Origin: Candidatus Altiarchaeota archaeon
GTDB lineage: Archaea > Altiarchaeota > Altiarchaeia > IMC4 > SCGC-AAA252-I15
Assembly: GCA_043804895.1 (NCBI GenBank)
Contig: JAZDIN010000004.1
Location: 72,887-136,886 of the forward strand
Direction of reading: 5' to 3'
Length of the DNA stretch: 64,000 nucleotides
Numbering within the stretch: position 1 is the first letter of the stretch; each line of letters starts with the position of its first letter. Below, one piece after another: positions 8,272 through 18,670 of the stretch. The position numbers and the translations under genes were made by a program. A model generated the notes under the pieces. It was given only the letters and a program-made list of their open reading frames with translations. It was not told where the DNA came from and searched no databases.

Positions 8272-9426
8272 ATGGACTTCGACGTCGCAGTAATCGGAGC
8301 CGGCCCGGCAGGTTCCACAGCCGCTAGGGAATGCACGAAAGCAGGGTTGAGGACAGTTCTGGTGGAGAAGGAGAAGCTCCCAAGGTTTAAGCCGTGCGGC
8401 GGGGGGTTGACTGCGAAGACGTTGAAGGCATTAGGCTTCATAGTGCCCAAGGAGTATGTTCTAAGCCGTCTTAGCTCAGTCCGATTACACTATAAGGAAC
8501 TGTCTATCAGATACGACAGCGAGGAGACGATGGTAACTACAGTCGAACGCGACGGCTTCGATAAGCTGCTCGCAGATAAGGCGGTTGACGCCGGAGCAAC
8601 GCTCCTGGAAGGCACAAACGTCGTCGAGGTCAAAGTAAGCCGCGAGGGATGCGAGATAACCGCTGTCGGAGGGGATATCACAACATCTGTGGTAATCGGC
8701 GCAGACGGGGTGAACAGCACTGTAGCGAAGAATGTGAGGCCGCCGTTCAAGCCTGAAGATTTAGTGCTCGCTTATGAGGCTGAAGTCCCATCGAAGGACG
8801 CTGGAGGCAGCGTCTGCGACATATACTTCGACTGCGGTTGCATGGGCTACGGGTGGGTTTTCCCGAAGGGGAATCACACATCCGTCGGATTGGGGGGCGT
8901 GTTAAGCGGTTTCAGGGATTCGAGGAGGCTGTTCAACGAGCACATGAGGAGGGTGGGCTACAACGGAGACGTTGATGTTCACGTGCACCTCATACCGATT
9001 GGTAGCAACAGGACTGAGACAGTCTCTGACCGGGTCATCCTCGTGGGGGATGCGGCAGGTTTCGCTGAACCCCTCACAGGAGAAGGCATATACTACGCAA
9101 TAAGGTCGGGGCAGCTGGCTGCTAAGACGATAACGGAGGCTCAAAGCAGAGGAGACTACAGTGAACACGCTCTCCAACAGTACGAGACCGCATGGAGGAG
9201 CGAATTCGGCGAAGAATTCAGGAGGTCCCGGAAGGCTATGAGGGGATTGTTCATGGCAGGCCCCCTATCGATGAGAATCCTATTCTCAAACAAGGAAATC
9301 ATAGAGAAATTCAGCGACATACAGGCCGGCAGGATGACATACAAGGAATTCAAAAACTGGTTCATAAGAAGAACACCGCATCTTATGGCTGGAACAGCCG
9401 TTAAAATGGTGAGTGGGAAGCATTAA
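8272..9426 (+). CDS. geranylgeranyl reductase family flavoprotein
   Basis: FAD fingerprint DVAVIGAGPAGSTAAR, LVGDAAGF and PLTGEGIYYA motifs. Confidence 0.85.
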   Translation: MDFDVAVIGAGPAGSTAARECTKAGLRTVLVEKEKLPRFKPCGGGLTAKTLKALGFIVPKEYVLSRLSSVRLHYKELSIRYDSEETMVTTVERDGFDKLLADKAVDAGATLLEGTNVVEVKVSREGCEITAVGGDITTSVVIGADGVNSTVAKNVRPPFKPEDLVLAYEAEVPSKDAGGSVCDIYFDCGCMGYGWVFPKGNHTSVGLGGVLSGFRDSRRLFNEHMRRVGYNGDVDVHVHLIPIGSNRTETVSDRVILVGDAAGFAEPLTGEGIYYAIRSGQLAAKTITEAQSRGDYSEHALQQYETAWRSEFGEEFRRSRKAMRGLFMAGPLSMRILFSNKEIIEKFSDIQAGRMTYKEFKNWFIRRTPHLMAGTAVKMVSGKH

Positions 9427-9460
9427 ATAAAGACAACTTCCGAGTATTATATGGAACCAT

Positions 9461-9883
9461 ATGGTCAATAAATTGCGCAGTAGAGAGGAAGTGAAAGAAC
9501 CTGGGACAATTAAGGGATTCCCTGAGAAGCCTAAACTCGTTTGGGATGACCTTTTGGACAGGATGGAGATCAAATCGGCTGTGGAAACCAGATATGACGA
9601 GAAGAGTAAGGCTGGAGAAAGTCGCGTGATCCCTGCTATTGAGGTTACAGGACTCACAATATGGGATGACCTCCAGGTTACGATAAAGAAGGGGCCGGAC
9701 CAAGCCGAAGCTCGCCTGAAAAGAGTCAAAGTCCGTGTGGAAAGCAGACAGAACAAGAGGACGGGTGAGAGGGTGCATGTGATTCCCCCGATAGATGTGA
9801 CAGGAGACTCAGGGTACCATGAAGGAAGCCAAGTCACGCTAACAATAGAGCGGAAAAACAGCGGGAAATTCTATAAGGCGTAA
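9461..9883 (+). CDS. hypothetical protein with an internal duplication
   Basis: Two related segments: ESRVIPAIEVTGLTIWDDLQVTIKK and GERVHVIPPIDVTGDSGYHEGSQVTLTIER. No family recognised. Confidence 0.4.
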   Translation: MVNKLRSREEVKEPGTIKGFPEKPKLVWDDLLDRMEIKSAVETRYDEKSKAGESRVIPAIEVTGLTIWDDLQVTIKKGPDQAEARLKRVKVRVESRQNKRTGERVHVIPPIDVTGDSGYHEGSQVTLTIERKNSGKFYKA

Positions 9884-9894
9884 TAATCTGACAG

Positions 9895-10803
9895 TTAGTT
9901 GAACGCGTTGAACAACAGCAGTGCGATTGGCGAAAGGAGCGTTGTGAGCACTATCGCTGATGAGACAAGCTCCGCGTCAAGCTTATACTGGTCTGCGAGG
10001 ACGAAATTCGTCACCGCAATGGGCATCGCCGCCTCTATGAGCGAGACCTCGAATCCAAGGCCCCTGAGGCCGAATAGGCGGGCGAAGGCGATGTAGAGCA
10101 GCGGGAAGACTGCCATCTTGAGGGCTGCGACTGAGAGGTTAAGCCTGATGTTTGCGAGGGGGTTACGGCCGTGCATGAATATGCCGAGGGAGAGTAGGGC
10201 GAGGGGTGCTGTCACATGTCCTATGAGGCTGAGGGATGTGGAAAGCACAACCGGCAGCTGGAGCGAAAGGTAAAGGAAGCCGAGGCCAGCGAGGACGCTG
10301 ATTAGGAGCGGGTTGAAAAGGAGGCGGCGCAGTATTTCGGAAAGTTTCATGCGCATCGAAGAGTATTCGAGCATCGCAATCCCCAGTGAGAAGATGATGA
10401 TGGTGTAGATGGTGGATACTATCACCACCACCGGCACAGCCTCCCTGCCTAACGCTAATTCAACAACAGGGTAGCCCATGTACACCACGTTCCCGAAGAA
10501 GGCCGTGATGAGTAGGACTGAAGCGAGCTTGCGGGGGAGGCGCAGGAGGACTGAGGCGACTACAACCAGTGCCATCATCGCGATTATCGCGCAGGCATTG
10601 GATAGTATGAGCGGCAAGTCCGCGAACGATGTCGAGCCGGCCTCCACAAGGCTTATGAACATCAAAGCCGGCAACGTCACATAATAGATGAAGCTGTTGA
10701 ACTTCCCGTAATCCCCGGCCCCAACCACCCTAAGATGACGCGCAAGCCAGCCTACACCGATGACAATGAAAACCGAAACTATCGCACTCAACACCTCAAA
10801 CAT
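9895..10803 (-). CDS. AEC (auxin efflux carrier) family transporter
   Basis: 302 aa and about 10 hydrophobic segments. The N-terminus MFEVLSAIVSVFIVIGVGWLARH is typical of the family. Confidence 0.75.
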   Translation of the reverse strand: MFEVLSAIVSVFIVIGVGWLARHLRVVGAGDYGKFNSFIYYVTLPALMFISLVEAGSTSFADLPLILSNACAIIAMMALVVVASVLLRLPRKLASVLLITAFFGNVVYMGYPVVELALGREAVPVVVIVSTIYTIIIFSLGIAMLEYSSMRMKLSEILRRLLFNPLLISVLAGLGFLYLSLQLPVVLSTSLSLIGHVTAPLALLSLGIFMHGRNPLANIRLNLSVAALKMAVFPLLYIAFARLFGLRGLGFEVSLIEAAMPIAVTNFVLADQYKLDAELVSSAIVLTTLLSPIALLLFNAFN

Positions 10804-11177
10804 AGTCTCAGCAGGGTTATTGATTTCCTAAGATTAATACCGGGATACTGTGTAGTGCATCGGCAAAATGTAGCCAATGTTGCATGGTCTCGGTCATTTG
10901 CCCACTTTTGACCGCTGATTATAGACGATAGCAAATGTATTTGAACTTTTGACAATGTACATTTGCTATCGAATATATCGAATGACATGGAAATTTGGCT
11001 GATTTCCGACAAGCCCAAAGTTCAACAACTTATGTCATTCGCTATATATTTATACAGCCAGCTTCCGATATGTACTTGGGTGGTAGATAATAACGTGGGC
11101 AACATTGGAGAGAATATGCAATGTTCTTTCCAAATGTTATTTTTACAGGAAAAGCTAACCAGTAAAGGGAGGGGATT

Positions 11178-13269
11178 ATGTCGGATAAACAGACGACAGT
11201 TGGGGGGGATTCTAGAAGACCATACTTAACCCCGTTTTTCCTGCAGTGCATAATCGACAGCATATACTCCCCGATATTCTCGGTTGACGAAAACTACATC
11301 TACACCAGCTTCAACAAGGGCCATGCCGCAGCCATGAAGTCCATCTACGGCGTAGACATCGAATTCGGAAAAAGCATTCTGGATTACATGAGTGTCGAAG
11401 AAGACCGCGCAACCGCGAAGGCAAACCTAGACCGTGCCTTGCGCGGAGAATCCTTCATCGAAGAGGCCTATTCAGGCGATACGAAATTCTCAAGGCATTA
11501 TTTCGAAGTCAGACACACACCCCTCAAGGACGAAACCGGAACCGTATACGGCGTGAGCGTCTGCGCAAAGGATGTCACCGAACGCAAGCAGGCGCTGAAT
11601 GCGGTGCAGGCGAGTGATTCGAAGTTACAAGCCGCCATAAATATTCTGCCGGTGGGACTCTGGATTATTGACGCGGAAGGACAGATTATAACCAGCAGCG
11701 CTGCCGCCCAGCGAATCTGGGGGGGGGGTACATTACGTTGACCTAAACCAGCTTGGTGAATACAAGGGCTGGCGGACCGACAGCGGTAAACTGGTAGAAT
11801 CTCATGAATGGGCGGGGGCTCGGGCCCTTGAGAAGGGTGAAACTACAACTGAAGAGGAAGTCGAGATCGAGTGCTTTGATGGCACGCACAAGATTATCCT
11901 CGACTCTGCCGTGCCGCTGCGCAAAAGCGACGGGAGCATCTGTGGCGCCGTTACCATCAACCAGGACATCACCGAACGCAAGAAAGCGGAGGCTGCGCTG
12001 AAGGAGTCTGAGGTAAAATTCAGATCAATATTTGACAATGCAGCTGAGGGGATATTGTTAGCCGATCTGGAAACTAAGAAATTTTACATGGGCAATAATG
12101 CAATTTGCCGGATGCTTGGCTACAGCATGGAGGAAATTACAGGTTTGGGGGTCATGGACATTCATACTGAAAAAGACAGCCCTTATGTTATTGATCAATT
12201 TGAAAGGCAAGCAAAAGGAGAGTTTGTTTTAGCAAAAGATTTACCCGTTAAGAGAAAAGACGGCAGTGTTTTTTATGCTGACGTTACTTCAACAACCGTC
12301 AAAATTGCCGGAAAGACATACCTACTCGGTTTTTTCCACGACAACACTGAACGCAAGAGGATGGAGGATGCGATAAAAACCCGCGAGGAAAAATACTGCA
12401 GCCTATTCGAAAACTCGCGCGACGCCCTCATGATACTTGAACCCCCATCCTGGAAGTTCACAAGCTGTAATAATGCAACCCTGAAAATGTTCAATGCGAG
12501 AAACATGGAGGAATTCACCTCATTGGGGCCTTGGGATGTATCCCCGAAAACGCAGCTGGACGGCAGTGACTCCGGAGAGAAAGCCCAAGAGATGATTGGG
12601 ACTGCCATCCGCGATGGTAGCAACTTTTTCGAGTGGACTCACAAGCGGATAGACGGAGGGAAGTTTCCAGCCACGATCCTTTTGACCCGGATGGAAGTGT
12701 GTGGAAAGGCCTTATTACAGGCGACAGTCAGAGACATCACCGGCCTCAAGGAGGCGGAGGTTAAATTGCGGAATAGTCGGGAGTACCTAGAGAGGGTAAT
12801 AAACAGCATCGCCGACCCAGTCTTTGTGAAAGATGTTAACTCCCGGTTTGTCCTTGTCAACGATGCCTTATGCAATATGTGGGGGTTAAGCAGGGAGAAT
12901 ATGCTCGGGAAAACACTTGCCGAATCACTGCCTGAGGACCAGATAGAACACTTCCTCAGAGTCGACAAACTAGTGCTCGAATCTGGGCAGGAGAACGTGA
13001 GCGAGGAACTGCTCACTGCAAAAGATGGAAAAGTCATGAGTATAGTCACAAAGAAGACACGCTATGTCGACAACGAAGGGAACATGTTCTTAGTGGGCGT
13101 GATACGCGACATCACCAAAAGGAATATAATGGAGAATGAACTCAAGAAACGCGTTCTTGACCTTGAAAGGTTACTGAGAATAACCGTGGACAGGGAACTT
13201 ACGATGATAGCTCTCAAGAAGGAGATCAACAAAATGCTGGATGAGGCCGGCAAGACCCGGAGATACTAG
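11178..13269 (+). pseudogene. multi-PAS sensor protein interrupted by a +1 frameshift in a G10 tract
   Basis: ORF 11178-11741 (PAS) stops 4 codons after G10 (11719-11728). The +1 frame is open from the tract to 13269 and continues the same PAS domain (...YVDLNQLGEYKGWRTDSGKL...INQDITERKKAE). Removing one G restores a single ORF of about 697 aa with about five PAS repeats and no kinase domain. Confidence 0.75.
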
Positions 13270-13277
13270 GTGCGACC

Positions 13278-15026
13278 ATGAACATTCGAACCAAGCTATT
13301 CATTAGTTTACTGACGATGGTGCTGTTCGTATTGTTGATAGGCTATATCACATTAGCCAATCTTTCCGAAATCAAACGCCTAGTAGACACGAACTCGGAA
13401 AACATCGACATAAACCTGCTGAACAGCGAACAGCTAAAGCAGGACGCGATGGACATCCAATACTATGACGAGGTTCTCACGCAGTCGGCGAGAAATTACG
13501 CGTACACCGGGGACATAAAATGGAAAACCCGCTACCTCGACGCCGAACCCACGCTCGAGGCGACAATCAAGAACGCGCTGAAACTCAGCGACGAAAACGA
13601 GAGGAGGATATTCTCAGCAATGGATGAGGCCAACGTTGCCTTAGGGGCAATAGAGCACAAATCCCTGGATTACGTCGATAGCGGCATGCGCCAGGAGGCA
13701 ATCGACATACTCGACGGGGCAGAATACTCAACACAAAAGGGGATATACTCGAACGGAGTATCCAACTTCATCAGCTACTCTGCGACGAAACACTCCGACT
13801 CAATCAACAAAATCGCGGACACAGTATACGAGAACCTCAACGAAATAGAGTCGAGAATAGATGTTATCGTAGGGTACATTCTTCTAACCCTCGCCGCATC
13901 CCTTTCGGTGACAGTGGTGCTGACAATCTACCTCCAGAAGCAGGTGGCCGGACCATTACATTCCTTGGGAGACGCATCAAAAAAGATAGCAGCCGGCGAT
14001 TTCAACATAACCCTAGACACAAGGAAAAAAGATGAACTCGGCGAACTTAACGTCGCATTCAAATCGATGGCAGATAAGCTGGGAGCATACCAGGAAGAGA
14101 TTGAACAGGCAAACAAGAACCTGGAGCTGAAGGTCCAGGAGAGAACAACAGAGCTCAATGACAAGGTCGAGGACCTGGACAGGACGCGGATAGCCATCAT
14201 AAACATCATGGAGGACCTGCAGCGGAACAAGATGGAACTCGAGGAGAAGGTAAAGACCAGGACATTGGACCTGCAGAAGGCTTACGACGAACTTCGGGAG
14301 TCAGACAGAGTCAAGGACGACTTCCTGGCGATAACATCCCACGAACTGAAGACCCCCCTCACATCCATCATCGGGCTGACGCATCTGATACAGGAGGAGC
14401 TCGCCGACAAGATGAGCGACGACGAGAAGGAGGACATAAAAATAGTCATGGAGGAAGCCAACCGGCTGAGAAAACTCATAGAGGAGATACTGGAGCTGGC
14501 CAGGCTCGACGCCGGAAAAAAGGTGTTCACCATGACCGACGTGGACCTCAAGGTAGTCGCTAACGAGGTCGCAGAAGAGCTTAAACCATTCTCGCAGCAG
14601 TTCAACGTGCCGATAAGGGTGGAACCGTTTGACGTCCCAACCATAACGGGGGACACAGACTCCATAAAAACCCTCATGAACAACCTAATCAACAACGCCA
14701 TAAAATACATGTCCGGCAGGCCGGGCGAAGTGACGGTCGGAGCCCGCCTCGACGGCAAAAACGTGGTGACGTACGTCAAGGACATTGGCATTGGCATACC
14801 GGACATGTCAAAGGGGAAGATATTCGCCAGATTCTACCAGGTGGACTCGTCCAAATCCCGCAAATACGGCGGCACGGGACTCGGCCTTGCGATATGCAAG
14901 AAGATAGTGGAAGCCCACAACGGGAGCATATGGTTCGAAAGCCGGGGGGGTGTGGGCTCCACATTCTACTTCAGCCTGCCAATAAGCAAAAAAGATGCGA
15001 CAAAGCCGGCGAGGGAGGGCGCATAG
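13278..15026 (+). CDS. membrane sensor histidine kinase (periplasmic-type sensor, HAMP, HisKA, HATPase_c)
   Basis: N-terminal TM helix and a second TM before HAMP (PLHSLGDASKKIAAGDFN...ELGELNVAFKSMADKL). H-box FLAITSHELKTPLTSI and G-box GTGLGLAICKKIVEAHNGSIWFES. Confidence 0.9.
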   Translation: MNIRTKLFISLLTMVLFVLLIGYITLANLSEIKRLVDTNSENIDINLLNSEQLKQDAMDIQYYDEVLTQSARNYAYTGDIKWKTRYLDAEPTLEATIKNALKLSDENERRIFSAMDEANVALGAIEHKSLDYVDSGMRQEAIDILDGAEYSTQKGIYSNGVSNFISYSATKHSDSINKIADTVYENLNEIESRIDVIVGYILLTLAASLSVTVVLTIYLQKQVAGPLHSLGDASKKIAAGDFNITLDTRKKDELGELNVAFKSMADKLGAYQEEIEQANKNLELKVQERTTELNDKVEDLDRTRIAIINIMEDLQRNKMELEEKVKTRTLDLQKAYDELRESDRVKDDFLAITSHELKTPLTSIIGLTHLIQEELADKMSDDEKEDIKIVMEEANRLRKLIEEILELARLDAGKKVFTMTDVDLKVVANEVAEELKPFSQQFNVPIRVEPFDVPTITGDTDSIKTLMNNLINNAIKYMSGRPGEVTVGARLDGKNVVTYVKDIGIGIPDMSKGKIFARFYQVDSSKSRKYGGTGLGLAICKKIVEAHNGSIWFESRGGVGSTFYFSLPISKKDATKPAREGA

Positions 15027-15413
15027 ATGGACAAGAAGATACTCTTAGTAGACGACGACCCTGCAATCAGGCACAGCCTAGGGCGAATATTGGATTCGAA
15101 AGGATATGCTGTAGAGCTGGCCGAGAATGGACAGGACTGCCTGGACAAGTTGAACGGACATGGGAACGAATTCAAACTTATTATACTCGACATCATGATG
15201 CCGGGGCTGAGCGGAGGGGAGGTCACTAAAGCACTAATGAAAGACAAACTGCTAAAACACATACCCATAATCTATCTGATGGCCAAGACTGATGAACCAA
15301 GCAGAGTAGCCGGATATCTGGGGGGAGAGGAGTACATAACAAAACCGTTCAACACTGAAGACCTGCTTGAGAGGATACGACAGGTTCTAGCCAGAGTAGG
15401 AGGGGAAAAATGA
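15027..15413 (+). CDS. receiver-only response regulator 1
   Basis: KILLVDDDPAIR...LIILDIMMPGLSG...ITKPF. No output domain. The start abuts the kinase stop. Confidence 0.85.
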   Translation: MDKKILLVDDDPAIRHSLGRILDSKGYAVELAENGQDCLDKLNGHGNEFKLIILDIMMPGLSGGEVTKALMKDKLLKHIPIIYLMAKTDEPSRVAGYLGGEEYITKPFNTEDLLERIRQVLARVGGEK

Positions 15414-15808
15414 AAGCTAAAGTGATGATTGTGGACGACGAAATCCACACGGTAAGGCTGGTCAAACGGCTCCTGGAGCGCGAAGGCTACGAGGTAGAGT
15501 TCGCATACAACGGCGAAGAGGCCTTGAAAGTCTTATCCGGCTTCGCACCGGACGTGATGCTGTTGGACATCATGATGCCCGGCCTCCCGCCCAAGAAGGT
15601 CATAGAGAAGCTGCGGGAGATGGGGGTGAAGGTCAAGATATTCTACTTCTCCGCCTTGACAGAGAAGCACGAAACATCAGACCGCATAAAGAGGGAACTG
15701 GTCTCCGACAACGACCGAGACTACATCATCGGCTACATCGAAAAGCCGTTCGACAACCAGGACATGCTAAAAAGGATTAAGGAAGCTGTGGAGGGTTCAA
15801 ATGGCTAA
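15410..15808 (+). CDS. receiver-only response regulator 2
   Basis: KVMIVDDEIH...VMLLDIMMPG...IEKPF. ATGA overlap with RR1. Confidence 0.85.
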   Translation: MKAKVMIVDDEIHTVRLVKRLLEREGYEVEFAYNGEEALKVLSGFAPDVMLLDIMMPGLPPKKVIEKLREMGVKVKIFYFSALTEKHETSDRIKRELVSDNDRDYIIGYIEKPFDNQDMLKRIKEAVEGSNG

Positions 15809-16172
15809 GACAATCATGATAGTGGACGACGACCAGGCCATCAGATACAGTCTGGGGAGGATTCTAAGGGTCGACGGCCACACAATAATAGAAGCGGACG
15901 GCTACAAGGAATGCATGAAAGAACTGTCGAATTTAGGGGGGAAAGTCGACTTAATACTCCTGGACATTATGATGCCAGAACAGGATGGAATCGGGTTGTT
16001 CTGGGACATCAAATCCGCCTACCCTGACGTTAAAATAATATTCCTCAGCGCAATAGTGCCGGATGAGAGGGCAAAGTACAGGCTCAGAAGGGAGGGACAC
16101 ATACCTAACATAAAAAAACCCTTTGACGTGGAGGAGGTGAGGGGGATAGTGAAGAAAACGCTTGGAGAATAG
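15801..16172 (+). CDS. receiver-only response regulator 3
   Basis: TIMIVDDDQAIR...LILLDIMMPEQDG...IKKPF. Confidence 0.85.
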   Translation: MAKTIMIVDDDQAIRYSLGRILRVDGHTIIEADGYKECMKELSNLGGKVDLILLDIMMPEQDGIGLFWDIKSAYPDVKIIFLSAIVPDERAKYRLRREGHIPNIKKPFDVEEVRGIVKKTLGE

Positions 16173-16253
16173 CCTGGTAAGGATACACCCAACAACAATG
16201 GACACCAACGTAAAAAATAGGCCAAAACGCCTGCGAGCATCCCCTGATGCGAT

Positions 16254-16652
16254 ATGAAAGCAAGAATCCTGATAGTAGACGACGACCCGAGCATCAGGTA
16301 TAGCGTCAGCAGGATTTTAGACACCCACGGCTACACTGTCACCCTCATAGAAACCTCCAAGGACTGTTTAAGGGAACTCCTAAGGGTGAATGGCCAAGTA
16401 GACTTGATTCTACTGGACATAATGCTGCCAGAGCTTAGTGGGGTGACGATATTCAATGCGATTAAAAAGAGATTCCCGAAGATAAAGATAATATTCATGA
16501 GCGCCCTCCAGCCACCACAGAATATGAAGGACTTGTTAAGGTCTGAGGGCGGCGTACCAAACATCATGAAACCGTTCGACAATAGAGTTTTATTGGATGC
16601 CGTGGAAAAAACACTCGGATTCTCCAACACCCCAACCAGCAAACTCGAATAA
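16254..16652 (+). CDS. receiver-only response regulator 4
   Basis: RILIVDDDPSIR...LILLDIMLPELSG...IMKPF. Confidence 0.85.
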   Translation: MKARILIVDDDPSIRYSVSRILDTHGYTVTLIETSKDCLRELLRVNGQVDLILLDIMLPELSGVTIFNAIKKRFPKIKIIFMSALQPPQNMKDLLRSEGGVPNIMKPFDNRVLLDAVEKTLGFSNTPTSKLE

Positions 16653-16807
16653 AATTTCAATCATTGCTTCACCTCAACAACTTGATCACAAAACTGGCTC
16701 AACTGAGATAGCATCTTCTCATCAGTTTCTTTCTCTAGACAAATTACAATTTTTATAGGATATTTCGCTAGACAGCCAATATGTTCGGTCCCACTAGGAC
16801 GCAGAGC

Positions 16808-17197
16808 TCATTTGACGAACTCTACGCCCACCACGCCCCTGAAGTCCTCGTCGCCGGTTAGCATCCTAATCCCTAATCCCTGGGCTAGCACATAGTTGAC
16901 GCAGTCGGTATATGATAGGCTACGTTTTTCCTTACGCATTTTACTCCTGAATACTCCGGCTTCCTTGATAACACCAATGTCATTCAACGGTAGAATCTTG
17001 AAGTTGCCAAGTATATTGCCCAGAACCTCTTCGGCGATTCCCGCATCTTCCGCGTGAAATATGCGAGAGTATACTTCCATCAGCGACAGCATTGAAGTGT
17101 AATCTTCACCAGTGAACTTCTCAAAGTACTTCCTGTAGGATTCCCTCCCCTCAAAGTAGTATGCTATGAAGGCGTAGGTGTCGAACAGGTAGGGCAT
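16808..17197 (-). CDS. vapC: PIN-domain toxin (VapC-like)
   Basis: MPYLFDTYAFIAYY... with acidic residues at PIN positions (D at the N-terminus, E40-region, DxxxY, TGDEDF). Immediately downstream of an AbrB-type antitoxin. Confidence 0.8.
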   Translation of the reverse strand: MPYLFDTYAFIAYYFEGRESYRKYFEKFTGEDYTSMLSLMEVYSRIFHAEDAGIAEEVLGNILGNFKILPLNDIGVIKEAGVFRSKMRKEKRSLSYTDCVNYVLAQGLGIRMLTGDEDFRGVVGVEFVK

Positions 17198-17198
17198 T

Positions 17199-17432
17199 CT
17201 ATTTCCATCCACTATCTATCTCAGCCACTATATCCTCAGTGCTCTTCCCTCTAAATCCGTTGGAGTTCTTGAGTACCCCGAACAGCTCCTTAGTCGACTT
17301 CACAGGTCTCAACACAATGCTGTTTTCCTGCACGGTCTCAACCAGTTTGTCCCCGGCCTTCAAGCCCAATTTATCCCTAACACCCTTCATCAACACAATC
17401 TGCCCCTTAGACGATAAAGTAACACAATCCAT
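17199..17432 (-). CDS. vapB: AbrB/SpoVT-type antitoxin (VapB-like)
   Basis: LSSKGQIVLMKGVRDKLGLKAGDKL swapped-hairpin motif. 77 aa. Confidence 0.8.
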   Translation of the reverse strand: MDCVTLSSKGQIVLMKGVRDKLGLKAGDKLVETVQENSIVLRPVKSTKELFGVLKNSNGFRGKSTEDIVAEIDSGWK

Positions 17433-17497
17433 CTTACCAAATAGTATAGAGTTTTACATTAATAAATAAGTAAGACAGCCAATGAAAAGTAAAATAT

Positions 17498-17579
17498 GGC
17501 TCCCTTCAGGGAGCTGACGCATCAACTCCTCAAAATCGCCGAGCGATTTTGGGATGCTAGTTGCCAGAGCAACTTCGCG
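17498..17579 (+). repeat. left arm of an inverted repeat of about 80 nt flanking the GNAT-toxin cassette
   Basis: GGCTCCCTTCAGGGAGCTGACGC...TCCTCAAAATCGCCGAGCGATTTTGGGATGCTAGTTGCCAGAGCAACTTCGCG. Its reverse complement recurs at 18772-18856. Confidence 0.8.
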
Positions 17580-17765
17580 CATAAAACTGCCCGGAACATA
17601 TCCAGCAAGCCCGAGTGTATTCATCTATTGCAAAAGGATGCAAATGAGCCGTAGCGTTAGCGTGGTCTGATGCAAAAGGGTGGAGAAACTCAGTAGGAGA
17701 GCCTTATCTGGCAGGGCATAAAGTATATATCCTAGCGTTACTTATTGAGTATTACAGGCGATTTT

Positions 17766-17939
17766 ATGGCACGACCAATCGATTTTTCCACAGACCTGAA
17801 CGAGGAGGACAGCATGCGGTTTGTCAACGAGTTGATTAGAGTGGATTCTTTACCAGCGAACGACAAGGAACTGGTCAAACACAGGAAGTTCCTAGAGGAA
17901 TGCGCCATTAAGGCAAGCAAGGTCAAGTGGCTTGCTTAG
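17766..17939 (+). CDS. hypothetical small protein (57 aa)
   Basis: ORF MARPIDFSTDLNEEDSMRFVNEL..., convergent with the GNAT pseudogene and overlapping its stop. No family recognised. Confidence 0.3.
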   Translation: MARPIDFSTDLNEEDSMRFVNELIRVDSLPANDKELVKHRKFLEECAIKASKVKWLA

Positions 17940-18534
17940 AACTCCCTCAACAGGTCGAGATACATCTTGATGGTTTCAGAATCTGTTTTCTTCTTGCTTA
18001 GAACCTTGAACTCGTTGTGTTCATAGAATCCGACGGCATCGGAGTATGCGTCAACAACTATAAAACGGCAGCCAATCTTCTCTGACTCTTTCAATGCCAG
18101 ACCGATTATTGTCTTGATTATCTCCGTGCCAACACCTTTTAGCATGAAGTTCTTGTCAACACCCAGACGAGCAATCAACAGGGCCGGGAAGAGTTTGTAC
18201 TTCTTCCCCCGTTGACGTAGTATCTGCAATGCCCTTTCAGTCGGCTCTATAGCGAACATACTCAGCAAAAGTACCCCAACACATTGCCCTTTTGCATGAA
18301 GAGATACGTTACCGCCGCCTTCCCTTTTAGGTGGTCTAATGCATCTTCCTGGAGGAATTCATTCAGGTCTTTATCACCGCAGTCGAATCCATTCGTCAAC
18401 GCAAGATTGCCCTCATCCAATCTGATTATCCTGGCATCAGACAAGTCCGTGACAGCAGCGCCCATACTACCTATATTGTGGCGAGAGGATAATAAGTTGC
18501 TCGACATACCATTTTGTAGATAAACTCTAGGCAC
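17936..18534 (-). pseudogene. GNAT-type acetyltransferase toxin (TacT/AtaT-like), frameshifted
   Basis: The N-terminal ORF (FDCGDKDLNEFLQEDA...VLGYFC*) and C-terminal ORF (LLSMFAIEP...FPALLIARLGVDKNFMLKGVGTEII...) are two halves of one GNAT. The frames join if one T is added to the T4 run (plus-strand A4 at 18267-18270). No DUF1778/RHH antitoxin lies upstream. Confidence 0.7.
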
Positions 18535-18670
18535 TAAAATCAGGTGAGTCTTTAAAGACGTTGGAGATTCGAACCCAATAGGTTAATGCGCAGCTGGAAG
18601 ATTTGAACCTGAACTATATAACCTATCTGGACTGGCTAAAACGGCAGTATAATAGACGTGAGAAAATAAT

